DNA from: a virus
Taxonomy: Duplodnaviria > Caudoviricetes
DNA: 64,000 nucleotides
Reading direction: 5' to 3' (one strand)
Virus record (IMG/VR): IMGVR_UViG_3300025087_000689
The first letter of the stretch is position 1, and each line of letters starts with the position of its first letter. A model generated the notes under the pieces. That model searched no databases and was not told the origin of the DNA. It saw only the letters and a program-made list of their open reading frames with translations. A program made the position numbers and the translations under genes. Of this stretch, positions 49,605-59,165 are shown piece after piece.

Positions 49605-50357
49605 TTAGTTGATTATCAAATTGATCAGAGTTTGGCCGATCTTGGAAGTATCCGTTTCGGTCTTATTGGCTCTGGACCTAGCACGTTTGACACCTTCAAT
49701 AAGAGTATCACATCGAGCCAACATCTGTGACTTCTCCAAAGGAGAAAGAGAACCAGCTGTAAGAACCTCCTTGAACTCACCTACAGGTTCATCGGTAGTG
49801 ATGAGTTGGGCTTGGGCTGGATGTTTGTCAGTTGCTTCAGCAAGAGTAATCGGTTTCTGCATCTTCCTTGTTCTGACACGTTTGAATTCTTCTGTCTTGT
49901 AGATGCCTTCCTGTTCGTCTTTCTTCCACTTGTGGAGAGGATCTAATGTAGGGATGTTTTCCAAGACTCCACGCAATGACGTGAGGATCTTTTCATACTG
50001 GACGAGAGCTGTAACAGGAAGATCCTTTGCAATTTCAACGTCTTTACCAGAGCCATCATCTACCAAAAGATTGGCCTTGGCAACAGCATTGGTCCGTTCC
50101 TTTTGCAGAATGATGTCCATATGTTTGACAATGTATGGCATCGTATACTTGAGTTTAGCACCGACAGTTGTAACAATCGGTTTTACTTCTGCTTCAGGTC
50201 TGTCCCTGTCAGCGTCATTGAAAGGATTGTATGTCTTGGCGGATCCAACAAAGTGATCCTTCTTTGTTGCGAATGTGTGTTGTGTTTCGGCGAGAATCTT
50301 CACTGCTGTGTTCTTTGCATCGCCTTCAACGGCGATAAGTTCGTGTAACTGACCCAT
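49605..50357 (-). CDS. Conserved uncharacterised ~250-aa helical protein
   Basis: LHELIAVE..LPVTALVQYEK..IPTLDP..EATDKHPAQ..PVG; resembles a widespread DUF (from memory). Confidence 0.8.
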   Translation of the reverse strand: MGQLHELIAVEGDAKNTAVKILAETQHTFATKKDHFVGSAKTYNPFNDADRDRPEAEVKPIVTTVGAKLKYTMPYIVKHMDIILQKERTNAVAKANLLVDDGSGKDVEIAKDLPVTALVQYEKILTSLRGVLENIPTLDPLHKWKKDEQEGIYKTEEFKRVRTRKMQKPITLAEATDKHPAQAQLITTDEPVGEFKEVLTAGSLSPLEKSQMLARCDTLIEGVKRARSRANKTETDTSKIGQTLINLIIN

Positions 50358-50399
50358 TAGGTCCTCCTTTTAAGTTTAAATATGAGACTAAAAATTCAA

Positions 50400-50473
50400 C
50401 ATCCCCTGAGAGGTTTGCACTCCCGACCTAAACATTAGAAGTGTTTTGCTCTATCTAGCTGAGCTAAGGGGAC
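50400..50473 (-). tRNA. tRNA-Arg(UCU), T-loop TGCAAAC
   Basis: AAACA-CTTCTAA-TGTTT. Confidence 0.88.
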
Positions 50474-50481
50474 AAAATCTA

Positions 50482-50556
50482 CATTCCCGGAGAGATTTGA
50501 ACTCCCAACATTTTGCTTCGTAGGCAAAAGCTCTAATCCAATTGAGCTACGGGAAT
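50482..50556 (-). tRNA. tRNA-Arg(ACG)
   Basis: TTTGC-CTACGAA-GCAAA. Confidence 0.9.
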
Positions 50557-51015
50557 AAAATTAAACATCAGACACTTTAAAATGACACAAAATTGTGCCA
50601 GTTACTTCCGTTTTAATTTAAAGACGTTCTACGAGTTCTACTGGCTGAAGTCACGTAGATTATACACGAAACACCTTCCTGGATTTGTCTCTTTGGCGTT
50701 GCCATGCTAGACCGTTCCCTAGGTCTCTATGTCTAGCTAATCCTCCACAATACCAGGTAAGAGTCGGATTCTATTGGCGGTTATTTCCGCCGAATTTAAA
50801 ATATTGTGGCCGTGACAGCCTGTCCCCAGTTATTATGAACTCAATCATAATATCCTATTACTTTGGGTTTCCCATGAGACACTGATAGGACAATACACTA
50901 ACCCCGAAGGGCATATTAATATCTAATCAGGTAGCTTTATATGATTCCGCTTACGAACCTCTGCAGATTCACGCCATAGAATCAGATTAAACAACTAATT
51001 AAAATTTTATTTAAA

Positions 51016-51265
51016 TTATTTAATCCTTGATGGAAATCCACCTCTGTCTTGGTTTGCTCGTTTGGTTTTTGGTTTACCAATAACTTTAATTTCATTTTCG
51101 TCTAGCCAATAACCCTCAGGAAGCTTACCTTCCTTGTCTATCATGGGGTGTAATCCAATAACGATTACAACCATTAAGATGTTCTGAACGGCAGGTAACA
51201 GTTCCTTCGAAACCAGAAATACTGCTCTTTACCTTAGAACCAAGTTCAATTGCAAAAACACTCAT
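51016..51265 (-). pseudogene. Small conserved phage gene with +1 frameshift in a C4 run
   Basis: MSVFAIELGSKVKSSISGFEG..GCNRYWITP / MIDKEGKLPEGYWLDE; 250 nt = 83 codons + 1. Confidence 0.65.
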
Positions 51266-51914
51266 ACTGTCTCCTTATAAAAATATAAACGTTAAATCGG
51301 AGGAGACTTTACGGTATAAGTCTCCAAACCTCTGAGTTTGACAAAAACTCAATAACACAGGGCGACGTTGACGGTCCTAGCGGAGAGGAAGGATACCGTC
51401 GGATGTCCGTTCGTGCTCCGCCTTTTTGCCTGTTCGGTTAGCCAAGTTAGACTTCTGTGTCTCACCCAGCCATTTAGGGTGCAGAAGGGGGTGACAGCCG
51501 AGTCAGGTCTTATTCGCATTCATATTCCTGTAGATATGGACTATAAAGATTTTCTGTCATGGCAGTCCAACATCCTTTAATTGTTTCAGGGTATCTTGTT
51601 TCCATAGAATCCCAAAAACGGTAGATTGTTTGACGACCACCAGATTGATGTTTATCCCACTCACCCCAGAACCAATCTATGTCTTCGCGTGCGATCATAA
51701 CTCGTTTTACTTGTGGTTTTGTAACTTGTTCAGTTTATTGCATATTGGTAGTTGTTTCAGGAGTTTTTGCTAGAACTATAGGTTGTGATATAGTTCTAGC
51801 TGATGTTATTCTTCTTGGAGTATTAGATGTAATACTTATAAAGCTCATGAACGCTATAGCAAATAAAATGACTACTCCAATCATGACCGTTACTTGTTTC
51901 ATACAAATCCTATA

Positions 51915-52541
51915 TTAGATGTTATATTTTAATAAGTAATCAGGCGATATTACTTTAAAACTAATCCGGTTTAAACTAAAATCGTTTAGCTCTCGGATTA
52001 CTATACCCTCTCTAAGATCATCAGGACCTGATTCGTAGGAGCCTTTCGACATCTCCACGAGTTTATCAATCGTGGTGTCTTTTAAAGATATAACATGATT
52101 CACAACTGGAACAGTTTTCAGTCCTAGGAAGGTGCAAACAAGACCCATCTCAACAGGATCTAAATATCTGTGTTGTTTGACGTTATATACGTTAAAAACA
52201 AACAGTTCAAGTTCTTTGAGCTTGCATCTGTTCTTCTGTATACCTGGACCTGCTATTTCACCTTGGATCCAAAGTGTTTCACCATAACTTTTGAGTTGTT
52301 TTTTGAGATTATATTTTATCGCGATTTTACTCCAGTTTGAGTTATCATCCTCTTTCTTTTTTAATTCGCGGGAGTATATTCCAAAGAAATCGCGGAAGAT
52401 ACCTTTCTTATAATAGTAAGTCGCAGAACAATTATGAACTAAAATACCGTTAGCAAAATAATTATGAAATGATGTTTCTATATCATATTTTTTAGAATTG
52501 TTTTCTATTTTCTTGATGAATACAATTTCATCCGTTTTCAT
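51915..52541 (-). CDS. Split RNA ligase, C-part: IntC (37 aa, 52431-52541) plus ligase C-extein
   Basis: KYDIETSFHNYFANGILVHN|CSATYY..QGEIAGPGIQKN..VFNVY..REGIVIR..SFKVIS. Confidence 0.92.
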   Translation of the reverse strand: MKTDEIVFIKKIENNSKKYDIETSFHNYFANGILVHNCSATYYYKKGIFRDFFGIYSRELKKKEDDNSNWSKIAIKYNLKKQLKSYGETLWIQGEIAGPGIQKNRCKLKELELFVFNVYNVKQHRYLDPVEMGLVCTFLGLKTVPVVNHVISLKDTTIDKLVEMSKGSYESGPDDLREGIVIRELNDFSLNRISFKVISPDYLLKYNI

Positions 52542-52542
52542 A

Positions 52543-53541
52543 TTAGTTCTCCATTTTTTTTAAGATTAGTTGTTCTAATTTTTTTTTATCTTTAAAACAA
52601 TTTTTAATTTCATCTTCCCAAATATACACAACTTTAAATCCTTTAGATTCTGCTAATTTCTTTTTTTCTTTGTCGTAGTCCCAAATTTCTCTTGCTGATT
52701 CAATTCCATAATTGAATTTGATAAGATCATCAGCCTTATATATGTTTGGATTAGCGTGCCAATAATCTCCATTTACTTCAATAATAATTTTATTATCGAT
52801 TAATATATCATAGATTCTTCGTTTTTTATTTGAAATTTTAATAACAAAATTTATACTGAATGGAATATTAAGTTTTAGTAAAATCTCTCTAATAGAATAT
52901 TCTAATGAAGAGTTATAAATTCCTCCACTTTTACAATTTGCTTCAATACATTTATCGTTTAGTAATGATTTATTTAGCCATTCATTTTTTTCTTCGTCTG
53001 TAATGTTCTTCCATTTATCTTTCATTACCTTTGAAAAGTATTCTGTTCGTGTCACTCCATATTTTGTTAGTAGGTTACTATCTAAACTTGTTTTTATTTT
53101 TTCAATAATTTCTTTTACTTGAAATATATTATCTATATCATTACCATACTTTTTATGTAATGTATTTTTAGTTGTAGGTAGTTGAAATGTATTTTTAACT
53201 CCATATTTTTTTATACATGTATTTTTATATTTGTCTCTTGTTTCTTTGAGATTTGTGGATTCTTTAATAGTTCTTTTTTTAATATTAAAATATTTTAGCA
53301 AAAATAATGTAAAAGAATAATTAATATCGTATTCTTTTTTTAAGTCTGGTAAAGATTTTTTATTATTAATATATAAATCTTCTAATTTTTCTTTATTACA
53401 TAAAGTAGGATAATTATGTTTAATACATAAATACTTTAGTTCAGTAACATTTGTACTTGTTTTTTCTTTACATCTTCTTAGATGAGAGGTTTCTCCTCGT
53501 GGTTTTAGTTCTCTAGAACAAAACGGACATTTAAGTATCAC
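52543..53541 (-). CDS. Free-standing PD-(D/E)xK (Vsr/DUF559-like) homing endonuclease between the split-intein halves
   Basis: KKYGV repeats; YDILIDNKIIIEVNGDYWH; YIWE. Confidence 0.82.
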   Translation of the reverse strand: MILKCPFCSRELKPRGETSHLRRCKEKTSTNVTELKYLCIKHNYPTLCNKEKLEDLYINNKKSLPDLKKEYDINYSFTLFLLKYFNIKKRTIKESTNLKETRDKYKNTCIKKYGVKNTFQLPTTKNTLHKKYGNDIDNIFQVKEIIEKIKTSLDSNLLTKYGVTRTEYFSKVMKDKWKNITDEEKNEWLNKSLLNDKCIEANCKSGGIYNSSLEYSIREILLKLNIPFSINFVIKISNKKRRIYDILIDNKIIIEVNGDYWHANPNIYKADDLIKFNYGIESAREIWDYDKEKKKLAESKGFKVVYIWEDEIKNCFKDKKKLEQLILKKMEN

Positions 53542-53590
53542 ATCAACCTCCTTAGTATATCTATATTATACTAAAAAGATTGAATGAATT

Positions 53591-54472
53591 CTAGTTTTCT
53601 AGTAAAATATCTCCTTCTTTCAAATCTTCTACTTTGCGATAACAGTAAGAATTTGGTAAATATATCTTATGATTACCTGTAACTTTTATGATTTTACCAT
53701 TTTTTGTGGTGATTTCATACCATTCGTGTTTATTTTCATTTATAAAAGTATTTTTAATTCTAGTTAATTGTATTTTATTAGTTGTAGGATTTACACCAAA
53801 TACTTTACCTTTATATTTAGTGTCGCAAATTTCTTTTATTGTTTTTAGTCCTTTATCTGTGTGAAGTATTGTATTTTCATCAAGACAACCATCAATTTTA
53901 GTTGTAACATACCACTTTTTATCTGAGTTAAGATGAGGTTCAAGATCACGGAAGATAGCTTGTACCCTTGTTTCATCTGTATGAGGAATGCAAGAAGGCC
54001 AACCTTTATCCTTCTTTCTGAAGATAAGAGGTCGTATCTTACGATATAACTTGAACTTACAAAGAAAATGATCAATCGGATGTTGTCTTTTAGCAGTAGG
54101 TGAACATTCACCAGCTTCATCTGTATCGATCTTAGTTACACCTATGATGTCTGTTACATCCATTCCCTCAATAGGGTCTACGATTGCAGGAAAGTCCTTT
54201 AAAGGCATGATAAGACCTTGTGATGTCACACCACGCATTTTCAAAGTTTTGACCTTGTAATGCCTTTTTTCCATAAAGGAGAAGGCTGGAATTATAGGTA
54301 ATCTTGAATCGATCTCAAAATAGATCACAAGATCCCCGGTTTTAATACCGTTATCTATAGCTGTTATACATTTCCATCCATTACCATGCATACTAGCTAA
54401 GACTATTTTATCTGCACCAGGAATAACTTCAAGTGAACTGATTTTTTGTATTGATGCTAGCTGACGAGTCAT
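53591..54472 (-). CDS. Split RNA ligase (Rnl2/DRB0094-like), N-part plus IntN (98 aa, 53594-53887)
   Basis: RQLASIQKI..GAD..YFEIDS..KMRG..SQGL..TDETRVQ..TTKIDG|CLDENT..TGNHKIY..GD. Confidence 0.92.
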   Translation of the reverse strand: MTRQLASIQKISSLEVIPGADKIVLASMHGNGWKCITAIDNGIKTGDLVIYFEIDSRLPIIPAFSFMEKRHYKVKTLKMRGVTSQGLIMPLKDFPAIVDPIEGMDVTDIIGVTKIDTDEAGECSPTAKRQHPIDHFLCKFKLYRKIRPLIFRKKDKGWPSCIPHTDETRVQAIFRDLEPHLNSDKKWYVTTKIDGCLDENTILHTDKGLKTIKEICDTKYKGKVFGVNPTTNKIQLTRIKNTFINENKHEWYEITTKNGKIIKVTGNHKIYLPNSYCYRKVEDLKEGDILLEN

Positions 54473-55184
54473 AATTAATCCTTTATTTTTTCAATTATTT
54501 TAGTGAATTGGTCTCGGATTCTGATGGCTTCATCCTTATATATGATTTTTGAAGCATATCCTTCTTTATAGTCGTTCATAGTTACCAATAACCTATCTGG
54601 AGAATTGCCAGAAATTCGAACTCTTATACAGTCCATTATTTACTCCTTGTAACTCTCTTTTTTCTTACAACTCTTTGAGGTTGTGTTATTGTCGTTGATG
54701 TATAATTTGATGGTGAATAATAACCTGAACACATATCTGCAGTAATACTATTCATTTTGTTTAAGATGTCTTGTATATCAGTGGGGTCTGAATTTCGATT
54801 TTTATTTGGTGGAGTATATTGTCCGTTTAAATTAGATGGACGTTGTTGTTCTATAAGAACTCCGTGTGTTGTAATATTCTTATGTTCATCATATGCTTCA
54901 CATATTAGATTACGTCCTATACCTGTATATACACAACGTAAAACACAACCTGTTTGAAATCCTCTTTGTGTAAGAGCTACAACAATGCCAAACTTTCCGG
55001 TTTGTTTCTCTTTTTTGTATGTGTAAATGTAAGAGAGAAAGTGTTGTCTTTAATAACACTTATATCTTTAACTCTAGACTTAATACGTCTTAAAATCATT
55101 ATCTGTCGGATTGGAGTTAAAAATTTGCGACATAATCTCGCAAAATGAATACGTAATGTCATGTGACTCCTATCAATAAAAATT

Positions 55185-55269
55185 TCTGTGCGGCAAGATT
55201 CGAACTTGCGATGTCTTTCGACTCCTGGTCCCAAACCAGGTGACCTTAACCAGACTATCCGATGCTCAG
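55185..55269 (-). tRNA. tRNA-Pro(UGG) with long variable arm; acceptor and D-arm mismatches
   Basis: CCTGG-TTTGGGA-CCAGG, V-arm GTC-GAAA-GAC. Confidence 0.65.
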
Positions 55270-55317
55270 ATATTATAGTTTATATTCAAACTATTATGTC
55301 AAAGAACTCTAATTTAA

Positions 55318-55389
55318 TCCGACTGCAGGAACTTGCATCCTGTTATTAGGTCCCACAAACCTATGCATTACTATATATGCTACAGAAGG
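55318..55389 (-). tRNA. Degenerate tRNA-His(GUG)
   Basis: TAGGT-TTGTGGG-ACCTA; two acceptor mismatches, D-loop lacks GG, T-loop TGCAAGT. Confidence 0.55.
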
Positions 55390-56798
55390 GATGAATGCTT
55401 CTAACTACACTATCAATACCATATTATATCATATCTAAAATATTAATGTTTTTTGGAACACTATGTTTATGAGATATCTTTGTATGAATGTGATACACTT
55501 TTCCTTCAATCTCGTCTTCAGCTGGCATATCATAGAATTTTCCAGTAAAATTGATCTTAAATGGATCATCATAGGGTATATTCGTACCAGATATACATAC
55601 TGGAAAAGTCTCACTATTTGCTAATTTATAGTAGACATGTTTTATAAACTGTCCGTGTGCGTCACGTCCATTAATTATTTCAACAATGGAATTACGCTTA
55701 AGATGCTCCATGAATTCATTAGTATTCATAGATCAATGGATCTCATTGTTTGTACCGTTAAGCATATTGTACTCCAAACGAATGTTAGAAATCAAGTGGA
55801 ATTAGAGGTTCTGGGTTCTTATGTTCCCACAATTCTGACGGTCTTTTGATCTTAATAATCTGTTTTTTCTGGATAATACAACCATCTCTTATAAGTGGAT
55901 CCACTAACTTGTACGCATCAGCTATGCATTCCTCACATTCTTCACACAAGTTATCATAGTTAGTACATGAAGCAAATTTAACTGATTCACCAATTTCATA
56001 TACACTCATATTACGATTTAACGTTTATCTGACTTCGTAAAAGTAACTGACATAGAAATGTTAAACACCAAGCCATTCTCCATGTTATCTTTGGAAAGCC
56101 AAAGACAGTTGGAATAACAAAATTCCAACATAACATGACAAGAACTGCAATTAGGCAGCTAATAATAGCTGCTATTACTAGTCCAATTAGAACTAGTACA
56201 GTTGTAGAAACGATTGTTGTGAGATTCATTCTCCTTGAAAAGTAATTCATTCATTATTAGTCTAGAAAAACATCAAATCTCTTTTCGGACTTGTTGAGAA
56301 ATTCTATTTTTCCATTATTAATTTTATAAGGAGACAGTCTGACGTCTCGATTACCATCCTTATCATATATTGCTATGACAATAAAGTTATCGTCGCTATC
56401 TAGAACAGGAGTTGTCATAACAAATACTATAAATGAAGCACCTGTTTCGTGTCCTTTGTTAACTAAAGATTGTACGACTCCAGATTCTGGTATAATTCCT
56501 TGTAGCTTCACATACTATGCACCTATTCACATCTCCACATCCAGTAATGGATACAAAATCTCCTTCTCTCATAGTATTGGTATAATTCCATGTGGTGGAT
56601 CATATGTATATAGGTCAATTTGTTTAGGGTGAAGAAATACTTGTGTTGTCGTTACTTGGTTTTGTGTTATACCCTTTATTGTGTCGTATCTCCAGCCGGA
56701 AAGATCATAGTTTCCTGATCTTTTACATTCTTCTTTTGGGCAAGAGCTACATTCTGGATAAGCCCAACAACCTTTGAAACGTATTTTATCTCTAATAT

Positions 56799-57476
56799 TC
56801 ATAATTGGTCAAATATGGGATTGGACGTATTAAATAGATGTTTTCCATGCCATTGAGAGAACTTAACGTTTGGCTCACTGTGCTGTAATTCTATGCGATT
56901 ACCGTCTTCATCTGACTGATAGCCATAAAGTGAGTCTGTTCTCCAGAAATCATACATGATATATTGTGGCTCGTACTGTGATGTAATATATGTTGGGTTC
57001 TGCATATCACAAGCTATTCCGCCATATGAACCAGGAATAACACGGTTAACGGCAATAGTCAGTCTTATACCATCATTATCATCCCATGTACCTGCGTAAT
57101 ATTCAATAGGTAACCATCCCGCGATTTGTGCGGCCCAGAAATCTAAATACTCTTCATAGGTACGACCATCGGTTCCAATGACATTTCCGTTGCCATCGGT
57201 ACGCCAAGCATCGCCTACACAGCAGTTGCAGCTGGCATCGATATGAGACATACAATGAGGTACCCATGGCGGGGCACCACTGACTTCTGTGATCTTGCGT
57301 TTCCACGCGGCATAACATTCACCGTTGGCCCTGAAAGTCCACCAGGTCGTATCTTGTGGGTGTAACACTTCCCACTCAATATAAGTTACAGGAAATGTTA
57401 CATTCATGCCAGAAGGATCTGTTATGTCGAAACATCCAGTTATGATCAAGAAAACTACTAGGAGTAAGTATTTCAT
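56799..57476 (-). CDS. Putative lipoprotein
   Basis: MKYLLLVVFLIITGC lipobox-like signal. Confidence 0.65.
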   Translation of the reverse strand: MKYLLLVVFLIITGCFDITDPSGMNVTFPVTYIEWEVLHPQDTTWWTFRANGECYAAWKRKITEVSGAPPWVPHCMSHIDASCNCCVGDAWRTDGNGNVIGTDGRTYEEYLDFWAAQIAGWLPIEYYAGTWDDNDGIRLTIAVNRVIPGSYGGIACDMQNPTYITSQYEPQYIMYDFWRTDSLYGYQSDEDGNRIELQHSEPNVKFSQWHGKHLFNTSNPIFDQL

Positions 57477-57552
57477 ATGTCCTCCTTCACATAAAAAAAG
57501 CTAATCATAAAGATATAGGTAGCCTTGGCTGGACAAGAAAGTGAAGTAACGT

Positions 57553-57960
57553 TTATGCGTGTTTATACTGTTTCTTTTTAGAATGCCAGGTTTTGAGGTT
57601 TTTAAGAGGTGTAATCATCGCCGTTTTCTTATCCCATTCATGCTGACATTTGCAACAATGCCATTCAGGTGTTTTAACCTTACGTGTATGAATGAATGGT
57701 TTTGTAGTACCACATTCAGGACAACGATTTACAATGGGTTTTATAGCTTTGAAATCGTGTTTCTTTGCCCAGTATTCAGATGTATGTACATACTTACGAA
57801 TACCTTTCTGTTTGGATCCAGATAACGTTTCATGAAAATTCAGTTCTCGTTTCATGTAGCGTCCTTCATGTGCATCAATGCTTTCCATGGCTTTTGAAAT
57901 AGCTACGTTCATAAGACTGAGAACGTTTCTTGCAAATTTCTTTTCCGTTGCTGTAGACAT
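57553..57960 (-). CDS. Zinc-ribbon hypothetical protein
   Basis: CPEC..CCKC. Confidence 0.65.
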   Translation of the reverse strand: MSTATEKKFARNVLSLMNVAISKAMESIDAHEGRYMKRELNFHETLSGSKQKGIRKYVHTSEYWAKKHDFKAIKPIVNRCPECGTTKPFIHTRKVKTPEWHCCKCQHEWDKKTAMITPLKNLKTWHSKKKQYKHA

Positions 57961-58912
57961 AGATTCTCACTTGTTAAAGATTATAAAAACTCACCAAAGT
58001 TTATTCCCTTTGGAATATTTTCATCGTATACTTTCAAAAAGAATATATTAAAAGTATTTTTACCCTAATAACGCATTTCCTTTCGTTCATCGAATCCTTT
58101 AAAATCGCAATACTCACTACAAGGTTCAAACGAATAGAATCTTCCTTTTATATATGCCGTTTCTCCAATATCAACTGTCTTAATGCATTTGTATAACATC
58201 AATAAAATCCTGTGGAAGGTGAACGTTAACAGTATTTATGACGGCAGTAAACATTGGAGCGATCTAAAGAATCTTCGGGGCCAATATGATCGCATTTGTT
58301 GCATTTAACATTTCTCATGATTTCTCCTTTGCTATTTGTATGCACCACAGTTTGAATGAACCTGGGAACAGGTGAGCCGCCCTTTGGCTTGTTGTAAAAT
58401 GTTTAAACTACGCCCGCCTTTTTTCGTCTTAACTCCAATTTTTTTGCACGATACCAGACCATCATTGCACGATTCGCTATATCTAAACTCAATTTCTGGT
58501 GTGAATGTGCCCCATTCCTATACTTTTGCACATCCACTGCCATTTCCGTAATCAAGTCGGATAGGGGGGGTATTTTTCCGGCCCATCCTCTTTTTCCTTC
58601 CTTTTCTTTTTTAGCAAGACGATTATACATTTCTGTATAAAATTCTTGCATGGTGAGTTCAAGTTTTTTGTCTTTTATTTTCATTTTCCCTTTCAGCGAG
58701 TTTAAACTTCTTACAACGTCTCAAAGCACGCACGTCGCGTAATCGTGACGTGCCACCGTCACAACGCTACTATCAGGAACGACCCTGAACAAGGCGTGTG
58801 GTAGTTTTAATGAATTCGTAATGAACCACATACAGAACAACTACATCGTTATTATGTGTAATACCGAACAACATTATTGACGTAGCATTTATACGAATTC
58901 ACGACTCAACAT

Positions 58913-59152
58913 TTAATCTGTAACCTGTTTTGCTTCCTCCGCAAAATGATCGTACTCCATGACCTTACCAGAAGCGTAGTTTCCTTCTGGGATGGTTATG
59001 GGTTTATGTTCTTCGTGTACAATTGTGGCAGATTCCTTGAGATTGAAAAATCTTTGATCTTTGTCTTCAAAGACTTCTACCTCTGCATCAATAACGTGTG
59101 CATGACCTGTAACTTCTCCTTCTGCAAGAACTGGTCTGTCTAACTTCTTCAC
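58913..59152 (-). CDS. Small conserved partner of DUF6745-like proteins
   Basis: LAEGEVTGHAH..HEEHKPI.IPEG. Confidence 0.75.
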   Translation of the reverse strand: MKKLDRPVLAEGEVTGHAHVIDAEVEVFEDKDQRFFNLKESATIVHEEHKPITIPEGNYASGKVMEYDHFAEEAKQVTD

Positions 59153-59165
59153 AAAAACCTCCTTA

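Noticed and set aside
51295-51508. Cobalamin riboswitch or RNase P RNA
   Set aside because: The B12-box and the GAGGAAAGUCC/ACAGAA signatures are not present
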